Below, one piece after another: positions 32,287-41,455 of a stretch of 64,000 nucleotides of DNA; the first letter of the stretch is position 1, and each line of letters begins with the position of its first letter. Source of the stretch: Candidatus Eiseniibacteriota bacterium (GTDB lineage: Bacteria > Eisenbacteria > RBG-16-71-46 > CAIMUX01 > VGJL01); NCBI GenBank assembly GCA_963792585.1, contig CAWBWI010000003.1:640001-704000 (forward strand). The letters run 5' to 3'. The notes beneath the pieces were generated by a model that saw only the letters and a list, made by a program, of their open reading frames with translations, made no database searches and was not told where the DNA came from. Position numbers and translations under genes: made by a program.

Positions 32287-33346
32287 CGTTGGTCGGAGTC
32301 AGGACCCGGACCGTCATTCCGTCAGCGAGCATGGGCGTTCCGGACGTCACGACCCGATCGCCCTCGACCACGCCGCGAGAGAGCGCCGTCATCTCCCCGA
32401 GAAATCCCGCAACCTCAACGGTCTGCCGGTGCACTCTTCCATCCGTCGCGACCACATACACGCAGGGCGTCCCCTTCTCGTCCACGCGGACGGCTTCTCG
32501 CGGAACCACGATCGCCGACGTCGCGTCTTCCCAGCGGACGTGCAGCTCAGTCACCATTCCCACCCGCAACTCACCGGTGGGATTGGGAACTGCGACCTTG
32601 ATCGGATAGGTCCTGGTCAGAGGATCGGCAACCGCGCCGATTTCGCGGACGATGCCGGAGAACTCGCGATGCAGGGCCGCTACCACGACGCGCGCTCCTT
32701 GACCCTTGCGGATCCGCGACACCTGCATCTCGGGCACCGGGGCGGTGGCCAGGACGGTGCGGGTTTGTACCAGGACGATGGCTGGAATACCGGGCACGGC
32801 GGTTGATCCGGGTTCCACGTTTCGCCGAGCCACGATTCCGTCGGCCGGAGCGCGAAGGTTGGTGTCATCCAGGTTCTTCTGAGCGATCGCGAGCGAGTGG
32901 CGCACCTGGTCGAGACCCGTCTCGACCTCGACCCACTTCACATCCGGGAGTGTGTGTTTGCGATGCATCGGCTCCATCCTCCGAGCCGCATCCTCAGCCT
33001 GATCGGCCTGCGCTTGGGCAATCGCCAATGCGTCCCGGTAAGACGCGGCCGACAGACGGGCGAGGACTTGACCGCGAACGACGGCTTCCCCTTCCTGGAC
33101 CAGGACTGCTTCGATGGTTCCAGGCACGGCAAAGCTGAGGGCGGTTGACCGCTCGGCCTCGATGGTTCCACTGAGTCGCAGATCGCGGGCCGAATCGGTC
33201 CGGACGACCGGAGCAACTTTGACCGTTGGCGGTGGTGTGGGCGGGGGAGCGGACCGTTGACATCCGACGAGCGAAAGGGTGGCGAGGATCGCGGCCAGCG
33301 ACATCCACTTGCCACTGCGCAGTTGCTCACGGTTCCGGTGCAGCAC
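32276..33346 (-). CDS. RND efflux periplasmic adaptor (MFP), lipoprotein
   Basis: Lipobox LVGC; LSFAVPG.I..V.V.EG..V..GQVLA; LRAP.DGIV; DP.TRTY. Confidence 0.93.
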   Translation of the reverse strand: MLHRNREQLRSGKWMSLAAILATLSLVGCQRSAPPPTPPPTVKVAPVVRTDSARDLRLSGTIEAERSTALSFAVPGTIEAVLVQEGEAVVRGQVLARLSAASYRDALAIAQAQADQAEDAARRMEPMHRKHTLPDVKWVEVETGLDQVRHSLAIAQKNLDDTNLRAPADGIVARRNVEPGSTAVPGIPAIVLVQTRTVLATAPVPEMQVSRIRKGQGARVVVAALHREFSGIVREIGAVADPLTRTYPIKVAVPNPTGELRVGMVTELHVRWEDATSAIVVPREAVRVDEKGTPCVYVVATDGRVHRQTVEVAGFLGEMTALSRGVVEGDRVVTSGTPMLADGMTVRVLTPTNDAR

Positions 33347-33420
33347 TTCGAGATCCTCCTTCGCGGGTGTTTTCGCAGACGCGTGTCTGCGGGGGTCGGC
33401 ATGGGAATGCAGCCCAGGAC

Positions 33421-35484
33421 CTAGAGATCCGGAAAGCGGCGCCTCAACGCCGAAGGGAAAGGACCGGCCTCATTCCAAGGATGGAGAAGCCCGTCCGTCG
33501 AGGCCCGTATCCAATCGGGTGGATGTTCCGCCCTCCGTTCGAACCACTTGACGGTCAGGATCGGGGCTGGATAGTCGAACTTCCGCAGATCTTCCAATCC
33601 AAGATCGGGAAGGAATGCGGGCAAGCGCAGGTTCAGACCGGGAAAGTAGGCACGGGCGCCGAACCGGAGATGCTTCGGATCCCGATCCCCGCGCGTCAGG
33701 CTTCGCCAGATCGCGATGGCCCCCAGTCGGTGCGTTCCCCATCGTCGAACGTAGAAACCTTCGAGGTGATCCAGAACCAACACCTCCAGAGTGTCGGGGC
33801 CGTCCAGGAGAGTGTCACAGGTCACGGTCCCTCGAAGCGTTGTCCCGAACATGACTTCGATGGCGTTGTAGTCGGAGGTCAGGTACTCCAGGCCCATGAC
33901 CTGCGAGAGCTTCCCCGAACGCGCTTCAATGGTGTCCACCGTCGACCGTGTCGGAACTCCCCCCAGGAGAGGTCGAGCAGAGTACGTCCGCGGGTACTCG
34001 TACTCCATCTGGAACCGGCCTTCACCGATGGTTGAGCGGCGAAGGAAGCGGATTGGATAGAGCCCGTAGTTCTCGTACTTGTTCTCGAATGGGCGCGCCA
34101 GGGACGCTTCATCGAAAGTGCGGGGTCGTGCATCGGCCACATTGTGGATGAAGTCCATACCAGATCTGACCCGCAACTGGAGGTGGGCGCGGGCCCCGTC
34201 CTTGGCCTGTGCGGATCCGGGAGGGCCGAATGCCCCAGCCAGGTATAGGCTGTCCGTGCGCGCCCAGACCGCTCGATTGGAGGCATCGAAGCTCCCCGCA
34301 ATACTGTCGACGGAGGCTTCGCTCACATAGGATTCCGCGCTCTTTCCGTACTGCGTCCTGGTCCCTGCCGCCGCACTCGTTGCGGAAGTCGGATCCATGG
34401 ACAAGCTGCAAAGGAAAAGCAGGCACGCGCCGATTCCGAGTCGAGAGGGAGATAGACGACCTTGCCGCGCCCAGGTCCGTTCAGGCCGTTCCTCGCCATG
34501 AGCCCAAAGGAGCTTCAGGCCGGCAACGTAGCAAGTGGAGGCAATCAGGAACCCGCCCAGGACATCCGCGGCATAGTGGTAACGAAGGTAGACCGTGGCA
34601 ATTGCCACGCCCATCGTCAGGGGCGCCAGCAACCAGCCGAGCGATCGATCGTATCTCCGGGCAGCCAACGTCCAGATGACCGCGCCCGTCACGTGGGCGG
34701 AGGGGAAACAACCTCCCCGGATCGCGCCCGCGGACTGGATGGTTCGAGTCAGCCACCCTAGGAGGTACCCGGTGTAGTCCGTGTTGTACTGAATGTTCAT
34801 CGCGGGCCACATGCGAGGGCTCAAGGCCGGTAGGAAGAAGAAGACGGAGTAGGCAGCCAGATGTGAGAGCGTCACCAGCGAGACAATGGATCTCAGGTCC
34901 CGGTACCGCCGGCGGAGGAGGAACACGATGCATACGGCCGGCGCAAAGAAATAGTAGCTCAGATAGAAGCCGGCCATGATCTCATCCAGCCACGGAGCAT
35001 AGAGACGCTGGATCCAGACGGTGGGATGGACGTGGAAGAGCATGAAGTCCGCCCGAATCATCAGGGATGTCGCCCAGTACGATCCGTGGATCATGGGGAT
35101 CAAGTGGTCCAGCTCCGTCCAGGCGTAGGCGCAGCAGAACAGTGGGTACAGAGTCCGCCACAACTGAATCCCTGGACTTTGTGGGGAGGTGCGCGCGACC
35201 CGGATCAGGCCGGCGATCGCAAGTACGATGGCCAGATGCGCGGCAGCATCGATGCGCCAGCCCGGCACGTTGCTCCGGAAGCGAACGATGAGGAGACCCA
35301 CGACCGCCATGTACACAAGGCACACCCAGTCCATCACTAACAGGCGGCGAACGGCTTGAGGATGATGAGCCCGGCGGCGGGCCACTCCGTACTCCACGTA
35401 CGAGGAGTGTGAGACTCTGGCGGGAGCTTGCAGATCGGCGGAACTGTCGCATCCCGCGGCGGATTCGTTATGCGTAGGCATCAT
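33421..35484 (-). CDS. PAP2/AUR1-like phosphatase or phosphotransferase fused to an unknown C-terminal extracytoplasmic domain
   Basis: PALSP, CFPSAHV, TVYLRYHYAAD; then a signal-like segment and a ~310 aa soluble domain. Confidence 0.8.
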   Translation of the reverse strand: MMPTHNESAAGCDSSADLQAPARVSHSSYVEYGVARRRAHHPQAVRRLLVMDWVCLVYMAVVGLLIVRFRSNVPGWRIDAAAHLAIVLAIAGLIRVARTSPQSPGIQLWRTLYPLFCCAYAWTELDHLIPMIHGSYWATSLMIRADFMLFHVHPTVWIQRLYAPWLDEIMAGFYLSYYFFAPAVCIVFLLRRRYRDLRSIVSLVTLSHLAAYSVFFFLPALSPRMWPAMNIQYNTDYTGYLLGWLTRTIQSAGAIRGGCFPSAHVTGAVIWTLAARRYDRSLGWLLAPLTMGVAIATVYLRYHYAADVLGGFLIASTCYVAGLKLLWAHGEERPERTWARQGRLSPSRLGIGACLLFLCSLSMDPTSATSAAAGTRTQYGKSAESYVSEASVDSIAGSFDASNRAVWARTDSLYLAGAFGPPGSAQAKDGARAHLQLRVRSGMDFIHNVADARPRTFDEASLARPFENKYENYGLYPIRFLRRSTIGEGRFQMEYEYPRTYSARPLLGGVPTRSTVDTIEARSGKLSQVMGLEYLTSDYNAIEVMFGTTLRGTVTCDTLLDGPDTLEVLVLDHLEGFYVRRWGTHRLGAIAIWRSLTRGDRDPKHLRFGARAYFPGLNLRLPAFLPDLGLEDLRKFDYPAPILTVKWFERRAEHPPDWIRASTDGLLHPWNEAGPFPSALRRRFPDL

Positions 35485-35562
35485 GCCGTCCCGCCCAGTA
35501 GGATGTTTGGACGTCCCATCGCGGCCCGCACGACCACCACTTCAGGAACAGCCGGGGATGGG

Positions 35563-35859
35563 TCATGACGCGGCCTGACCCTCCTCGGGAGCTTGCTCCC
35601 GATGGAATCGGAGCTGTTCAATCACCAACGCGGAAGCGCCCGAGATTCGTGCGGAGCGTCCTTCTCCCTGGGCGAGAAACTCCAGGCAAACCTCGTCGAT
35701 GTATCGCAGGCCCGCCAAGTGCAGCGTCAACTCGATGTCCCGACCCACATACGAATCGATGAGCTGTCTCAGTCCTGGTAGGTACTCCACCGTGAGGCTG
35801 CCTGTGAGCGAGTACTCAATTTTCGTGTCGGAGAACGATCGGAGATCCACTCTGAGCAT
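35563..35859 (-). CDS. STAS-like small protein
   Basis: MLRV...LTGSL......L...LHLAGLRYIDE..LEFL; AGGAG RBS. Confidence 0.6.
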   Translation of the reverse strand: MLRVDLRSFSDTKIEYSLTGSLTVEYLPGLRQLIDSYVGRDIELTLHLAGLRYIDEVCLEFLAQGEGRSARISGASALVIEQLRFHREQAPEEGQAAS

Positions 35860-36598
35860 GGCTGTGCTCCTTTCCCAGTCTAGATGAACTCCCTCGCCGA
35901 CGAGCATTTCCGGACCCCGACAACCGCGAGCCCTGACATGCCCAACTCGAAGCGGAGCGCGTTGCCTGTGGTGACGCGTTCCATCCAGGGGGGGCGGCGA
36001 TCCCCTTTGTCGAGAGGTCCTCGGCGTCATCGCCAGGAAAGGCGGCGAACTCACGGAAGTCCGCTTTGACGAGCCATCTCCTGGACAGGCGACAGGTCGT
36101 GCCGGCCCCGGAGTGCACGGCGAAGACCGTCTGGGGGTTCTCGAGCCGCGACCGACGATCCTCGACCGTGTCCGAAAGGAACGTCAGCGCCCGGCCGCCC
36201 GCGGTGACGTACGGCGACCACCGCAATCCCGCCAGCGGGAGCGTGGCGACGATGTTGGCTTGATAGGTGAGGATGTGTGACGTCTTGCGGTCGGCGCTGT
36301 GCGTGGCATCCAGTTCTATCTCGCGATGAACGGGCAGCGACCAGGAGACCTCACCCTCGACCGCACAGATGCGGTTGATGTGGTATGTGCCCGCGATGGC
36401 AATTGGGACGTCCGTGAGATCGTCGGGCAGCGCAGTGTCATTCTCGTTCAAGACGGTCACTCCGCTGGAAACCAAGATATCCAGGCCGGATGCCCCAATC
36501 CCTGGCTCCGATGCCCCCGCCGCACCGGCCGCCCCGACAGACAACGGCCAAAAGGACACGAGAGTGAGGGCGCCCGCGAGGCTGCGTGTGGACTTCAT
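35816..36598 (-). pseudogene. Outer-membrane beta-barrel protein, probably frameshifted near the C-terminus
   Basis: Signal peptide and alternating strands (WSPYVTAGG). The likely last strand WMERVTTG..LRF lies in another frame after the G run at ~35988-35994. Confidence 0.55.
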
Positions 36599-36667
36599 GG
36601 AACCCTCCTTGGATCTTCCGTAGCGCAGGGGATGTGGGTTGCCGGCCATCCTGACGCTTGCCCGATC

Positions 36668-36905
36668 TCACGAGTTGCTTCTGCCGAGTGTGGCCCTCTG
36701 GATTCGAGGGTCCATGCGGTCGGCAAGCCGTTGAAGCGCTTCCAGGTCGATGACGAGGAGCGCCTGGATTTCGACCGGCGTCAACTGATGCCCCTCTGCG
36801 ATGAATTTCTCGTATCGCAACTTCGGGCTGTAGAGTGAATGACCGGCGGAGGCCGGGGTTCGTGGCAAGTCTGCCGATGATCAGCTCGACACTTTGTTGC
36901 GACAT
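36668..36905 (-). pseudogene. Os1348-family (NHLP-clan) small protein with one frameshift
   Basis: MSQQSVELIIGRLATNPGLRRSF... continues in another frame as FIAEGHQLTPVEIQAL...LADRMDPRIQR; shift at gagaaattc (~36805); AGGAGG RBS. Confidence 0.7.
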
Positions 36906-36930
36906 TTCCCGCACCTCCTGGCGAGACGTA

Positions 36931-36947
36931 TCCAAGAGGCGTGCCAA
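36931..36947 (-). promoter_or_regulatory. Sigma54 -24/-12 promoter (mismatch at -12)
   Basis: TTGGCACG-CCTC-TTGGA versus consensus TGGCACG-N4-TTGCW; directly downstream of a sigma54 activator gene. Confidence 0.65.
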
Positions 36948-37086
36948 CCAGGACGTTTGTTCTCGGGAATCAAGGAACTGCCGTGTCCGTCATGGGATGC
37001 GCGCGACGCACCGATCTCGAGCGAGATCGACGTCCGCAGTGAAATCGGTTCGGGTGTTGCGGGAATCTGAACAGGTGCAGGAATTT

Positions 37087-39153
37087 CTACAACGATGCTC
37101 CAGCGGCGCCGGAGTCGGCGTTCGCCGCAAGGCCATGCCTCTGCATGCGCGAGTAGAGCTGGGATCGTGTAATCCCGAGGATGCGGGCGGCCTTCGACCG
37201 GTTGTTGTCCGCCTCTGCGAGGGCCTGGAGGATCATGTCCCGCTCGACCGCCATCAAATTCATGTCCTGGCCGCGGGCGTGGCTGGGAATAGGAGCCACC
37301 TTCGGTGCGACCGGGCGCTGCAGGCCCATGGGAAGGTGCTCGACCGATATGAGTCCGCCGTCGCACAGAATCGTCGCCCGTTCGATCGCGTTTCGAAGCT
37401 CGCGGACGTTGCCGGGGAAGGAATACGCCAACAACGCTCCGAGCGCGTCACGGGAGATTCCCGCCGCCGGCCGCCCGACGGAACGGCCGATCTCTTCCAG
37501 GAACGCCTCGGCCATGGGGTGAATGTCGTCCCGTCGCTCCCGGAGCGGAGGAAGGCGGATCTCGAAGACTCGCAGCCGGTAGTACAGATCTTCGCGAAAT
37601 GTGCCCCTCCGGATCGCGGCATCCAGGTCGCGATTCGTGGCGGCGAGGATCCTGACATCGGCCTTCAGGGTCTTACTTCCCCCCAGTGGCTGGTACTCCT
37701 TCTCTTGGAGCACTCGGAGCAACTTGGCTTGAACGGGCAGACTCATCTCGCCCACCTCGTCCAGGAGCAATGTCCCGCCGGCCGCCTGCTGAATTCGTCC
37801 TGGCCGGGACTGAGTTGCTCCCGTAAAGGCGCCCCGCTCATGACCGAACAACTCAGATTCGAGCAGCGTCTCGGGAAGAGCCGCGCAGTTGATGGCCACG
37901 TATGGACCACCGGAACGCGCAGAGCCGCGGTGAATGAACCGGGCCACCACGTCCTTGCCGGTTCCGGATTCACCGGTCAGGAGCACGGTGGTCTCGATAG
38001 GCGCAACTTTGGCCGCTTGATTCAGGGCGTCCTTCCAGCTCTGGGATTCGCCGAGGATCCGCGGCGAGCCGGACACCGCGTCCAGCTCGGTGCGAAGCGC
38101 CTGAACTCGTTCCTGGAGCACCTCCGCGCGCCGCCGCTCCTCCCCAGCCCTATGTTCCTCTTCGGCCAGGCGCTGATGCGAGAGGGCCAGGCTTACGTGA
38201 TCGGCTACGCGGCGCGCGATCAGGACATCCTCCTCCTTGTACAGATTCTTCACCTTGGAAACGAAGATGAGGGCGGCCAGTCCCCCCGTGTCCATCCGCA
38301 GCGGAATCCGGAGGACGGAGCGGATCCCTAGCTTCCGGGCCAACCGCATCGTCTCGGAGTCATCGGGCGCCATTACGCCCAGATCCGCAATGATCTCATA
38401 GTCGATCTCGGGATTCAGGAGTTGCTCTTCCACCGGCAGCGTAGGTGGGACATCCGGGATCGGTTCCCCGGAAACCGCCTGAACCTTGATCCGCTTCCCA
38501 TCGACCGTAGGGGTGATCAACGCCATCCGATCGTGGGCAAGGACCGGGCTCACGACCTCCGAAACCCGGTCGAAGACCTCACGGATGTTGATGGAGTCCG
38601 CCAAGGTCAAGAGGAGAGAGTCGATTGCATCCATGCGACGGCGCTGCGCGGCATCGAGATCCCATAGCCGCTCGTGTTCCAGTGCCAGGACGACCATGTC
38701 TGCGAAGGACAAGAGGGCGGCCAATTGGTCCTCGGTGAACAGCACATGCGCCCTGCTGGCGACACCCAGGTTCCCCAGCACCTCGGATCCCCGGGTCAGC
38801 GGAACGACCATGCCCGACTGGTATCCCTGGTCCCGGACCCACCGATCCGCTCCGTACGCCGGGTCCAGATAGTCTGTCGGCGTATCTGACTTCACGATCC
38901 GCTCGAGTCCACGACGCAACATGGGCGAGCAGTCGGTCAGGGATCCGGAGTAGACAAGTCTTTCGCCTCGAGAGACGTAGGCGTGAACTTGCACCTCGTC
39001 GTCGCCACAAAGACGGGCGATGATGACGTCATCGCAGGGGATTACCGATCGCGTGACCTCGGCGACGCGGTCGAACACCATGTTCAGCTCAAGAGAGCCG
39101 GAAAGGCTCTGGGCGATTCGACGCAGGGCCCCGATGATGTCTGCGGATTCCAT
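37087..39153 (-). CDS. Sigma54-dependent enhancer-binding protein (2x GAF, AAA+, Fis HTH)
   Basis: GESGTGKD, ESELFGHERGAFTGA, LLDEVGE, FPGNVREL, NRSKAARILGI. Confidence 0.95.
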   Translation of the reverse strand: MESADIIGALRRIAQSLSGSLELNMVFDRVAEVTRSVIPCDDVIIARLCGDDEVQVHAYVSRGERLVYSGSLTDCSPMLRRGLERIVKSDTPTDYLDPAYGADRWVRDQGYQSGMVVPLTRGSEVLGNLGVASRAHVLFTEDQLAALLSFADMVVLALEHERLWDLDAAQRRRMDAIDSLLLTLADSINIREVFDRVSEVVSPVLAHDRMALITPTVDGKRIKVQAVSGEPIPDVPPTLPVEEQLLNPEIDYEIIADLGVMAPDDSETMRLARKLGIRSVLRIPLRMDTGGLAALIFVSKVKNLYKEEDVLIARRVADHVSLALSHQRLAEEEHRAGEERRRAEVLQERVQALRTELDAVSGSPRILGESQSWKDALNQAAKVAPIETTVLLTGESGTGKDVVARFIHRGSARSGGPYVAINCAALPETLLESELFGHERGAFTGATQSRPGRIQQAAGGTLLLDEVGEMSLPVQAKLLRVLQEKEYQPLGGSKTLKADVRILAATNRDLDAAIRRGTFREDLYYRLRVFEIRLPPLRERRDDIHPMAEAFLEEIGRSVGRPAAGISRDALGALLAYSFPGNVRELRNAIERATILCDGGLISVEHLPMGLQRPVAPKVAPIPSHARGQDMNLMAVERDMILQALAEADNNRSKAARILGITRSQLYSRMQRHGLAANADSGAAGASL

Positions 39154-39355
39154 TGCCACCCCATCCTGCCGGAGCCCCGTTCGGATGAGCGGGGGCAACC
39201 CCGGTCTGGAGCCAAGAGTACAGGTCTTTAGGAGGCCGACAACACTCATCCCCTTGGAGCCACGCAGCTCCGATAGCGGGGTGCTTCCCGTATGATTCTA
39301 CGCATGACATGATCCCCGGTCTCCAGTCGAGGGGGACTGCGCCTTCGGGCCAGAA

Positions 39356-39605
39356 TGGCCTTGACCCCAATTCAGGTCCACTCGGCGCGCAACTTCTGGA
39401 GCCTGTTTCGGTCCGGTTCGAAGATACCCCCTTACCTGCATTGGGCGGGAGCCTGACTCTTCAACGCATTGTGGGGTCGGTGGTTGTTGTACTCCTCCCT
39501 CCACGCCGCAATGATCTTCTCCGCATCCGCGAGACCGAGGAACCAACGTTGCGACAGGCTCGCTTGTCGAGGCCTCCCATTGAACGACTCGATGTGGGCG
39601 ACGTG
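39356..39605 (-). mobile_element. IS3-family remnant: transposase C-terminus and terminal inverted repeat
   Basis: HIESFNGR...WF..LADA..II.AWR.EYN..RPH; end sequence tggccttgaccccaattcaggtcc at 39356. Confidence 0.8.
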
Positions 39606-39758
39606 GGGATCGATTCCTTCCGTAAGGCACCCGAATCCCATTGAACGATTCGGCACGCTGTGCGTTCGCACGAACGAGCGCGTCATCGCCCTGAGTGTTA
39701 CGTCGATCTTTCAGGTCTGGTTTGTGCGGCCAAGCGGAACTCGGCCGAGAAGGGAGTC

Positions 39759-40730
39759 ATGACCATGAACGCGAGACTCAGAAAGCGCATCAGGGGGATG
39801 GTCGCTCCGGGGTGTACCGTCCTCATGTTACTTGCCCTCATCGACGAAGCGTCGGCCCTCAAGCCAGTCCGCGGATACGCTGCCACCCCAGGGGAGTACG
39901 GGATCATCTATCAAGAAGTGGCGTTCCACTCCCCAGATAGCCTCCGGCTCGTCGGATGGTTCTATCCCGCGCAGGACACAATGGGAATCGCCAATGACCT
40001 GGTGGGTCGCGTGTTCCCTGTGCCGGAGAAGCTCCGGCGAGCACCGCGGCCGTACCCCGACAAGAGCCGCGCAGGCCTCCCCACGATTGTCATCTGTGAT
40101 GGCGATGGCGGAAACATGGCCGACCTCATCTTCTACGCCTACAACTTCTTCACTCGCGGCTATAACGTCTTCACGTTCGACTGGCGTGGTTTCGGCCAGA
40201 GCGCGGACTGGCCCATGGATCCGGATCAGCTCTGCTGCAGCGAGTTTCTGCGCGACTACGACGCCGCGCTGGGCAATGTCGAGGCGCGACCGGAAGTCGA
40301 TCCACAGAGAATCGCTCTCCTGGGATTCTCGACGGGTGCCTACCTTTCCTTTGCCATGCTGGAGACTCATCACGAGATTGCGGCGTTCGCCGGTCGGGCG
40401 CTTCTGACGAACTTCGAAGATATCCTGCCCATCCTCCGTCAACTCGATCCGACTAGGAACTGGCATGCCCCTGCCGACTATCCAACGGCCCTTCTGCCGA
40501 TTCAGGTCGCGACGAACATCCATGTGCCCGTCCTTCTTGTCGTGGGGGAGAAAGATCCGAGAACACCCCCTTGGATGTCGGAGAAGATCCTGGGTCTGAT
40601 CAAGGGACCGAAGGAACTATGGATCGTGTCCGGAGCCGGCCATGGCGGTGCTTCCGCACCGGAGTTCACCAACTACCCGGAGTTCTTCGACCGCGCCGCT
40701 GAGTTCTTTGCCGCGCACATGGGGCATTGA
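39759..40730 (+). CDS. Exported alpha/beta hydrolase
   Basis: Signal-like N-terminus; FDWRGFGQS, GFSTG nucleophile elbow, GEKD, GAGH. Confidence 0.88.
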   Translation: MTMNARLRKRIRGMVAPGCTVLMLLALIDEASALKPVRGYAATPGEYGIIYQEVAFHSPDSLRLVGWFYPAQDTMGIANDLVGRVFPVPEKLRRAPRPYPDKSRAGLPTIVICDGDGGNMADLIFYAYNFFTRGYNVFTFDWRGFGQSADWPMDPDQLCCSEFLRDYDAALGNVEARPEVDPQRIALLGFSTGAYLSFAMLETHHEIAAFAGRALLTNFEDILPILRQLDPTRNWHAPADYPTALLPIQVATNIHVPVLLVVGEKDPRTPPWMSEKILGLIKGPKELWIVSGAGHGGASAPEFTNYPEFFDRAAEFFAAHMGH

Positions 40731-40804
40731 GGATCACCGCGGGTGGATTGCTTCCCATCACGAGGCTTCCCGGCCCCGACCGAGCGAAAGAGTGTGGTTG
40801 ACCG

Positions 40805-41074
40805 TCAGTATCCGCCTTCGGAGCCGTCTGGCTCCGGGATGTGCAGCCTCACGCGCTGCGTGGTCTTCGCCGCGCAGGCGATCACGAGATGCCGGATCGC
40901 ATCGACGATGCGTCCATGCTTCCCGAGCACCATGCCGATCTCCCCGGGGGCGACTCGGATCGTCAGGTGGACGACTCCGTCCTCAGTGGACTGGACTGCG
41001 ATGTCAACGGCCTCCGGCTGGTCGACGACCATCTGAACCAACCGGGATGCGAATTCCTGAAGCTCTTTGTCCAC
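40805..41074 (-). CDS. KhpA-like KH-domain RNA-binding protein (copy B, 81/89 aa identical to copy A)
   Basis: Same GKHG KH motif; direct DNA repeat of 25288-25557. Confidence 0.88.
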   Translation of the reverse strand: MDKELQEFASRLVQMVVDQPEAVDIAVQSTEDGVVHLTIRVAPGEIGMVLGKHGRIVDAIRHLVIACAAKTTQRVRLHIPEPDGSEGGY

Positions 41075-41455
41075 GATGCTTGGTCTCCCGAAGATTCAGC
41101 GAGTGAAGGGTATTCTGAAGGCGGAGGGTGACCGCAATCACCAGGACCCCCGAAAACTACCCTTGCCGGCTTCGACCGACTCCGTCGAATGTGCCTCCGC
41201 CCGACTGCAGCGGCTGCGCATACCGGCAGCGGTCAGGAGGCCTACGCCCTCTCGACTGGGGTGTGTTGCACTATTAGTCGAAGTCAATCCTCGTTCGGTA
41301 ACGCGTTGCTGTCAATCGTCCGGTGCAACAGCGGCCAGCTCGATAGTCGCATCCGGCTCGTTTACAGCTCACGGCGGGGCGCGCTCCAGCGTACCAGGCC
41401 GCCACCCACGCACAGGTGGCATCCTTCCCTCGATCTTCGCAAGGACTCAGCTGGC

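Noticed and set aside
36668..36905. Os1348/NHLP-like gene as a RiPP precursor for the radical SAM enzyme
   Set aside because: It has no core peptide, is frameshifted and lies ~26 kb from the enzyme in a different operon.
36835..38331. 498-aa plus-strand ORF, and similar long antisense ORFs elsewhere
   Set aside because: Shadow ORFs opposite well-supported genes in GC-rich DNA.
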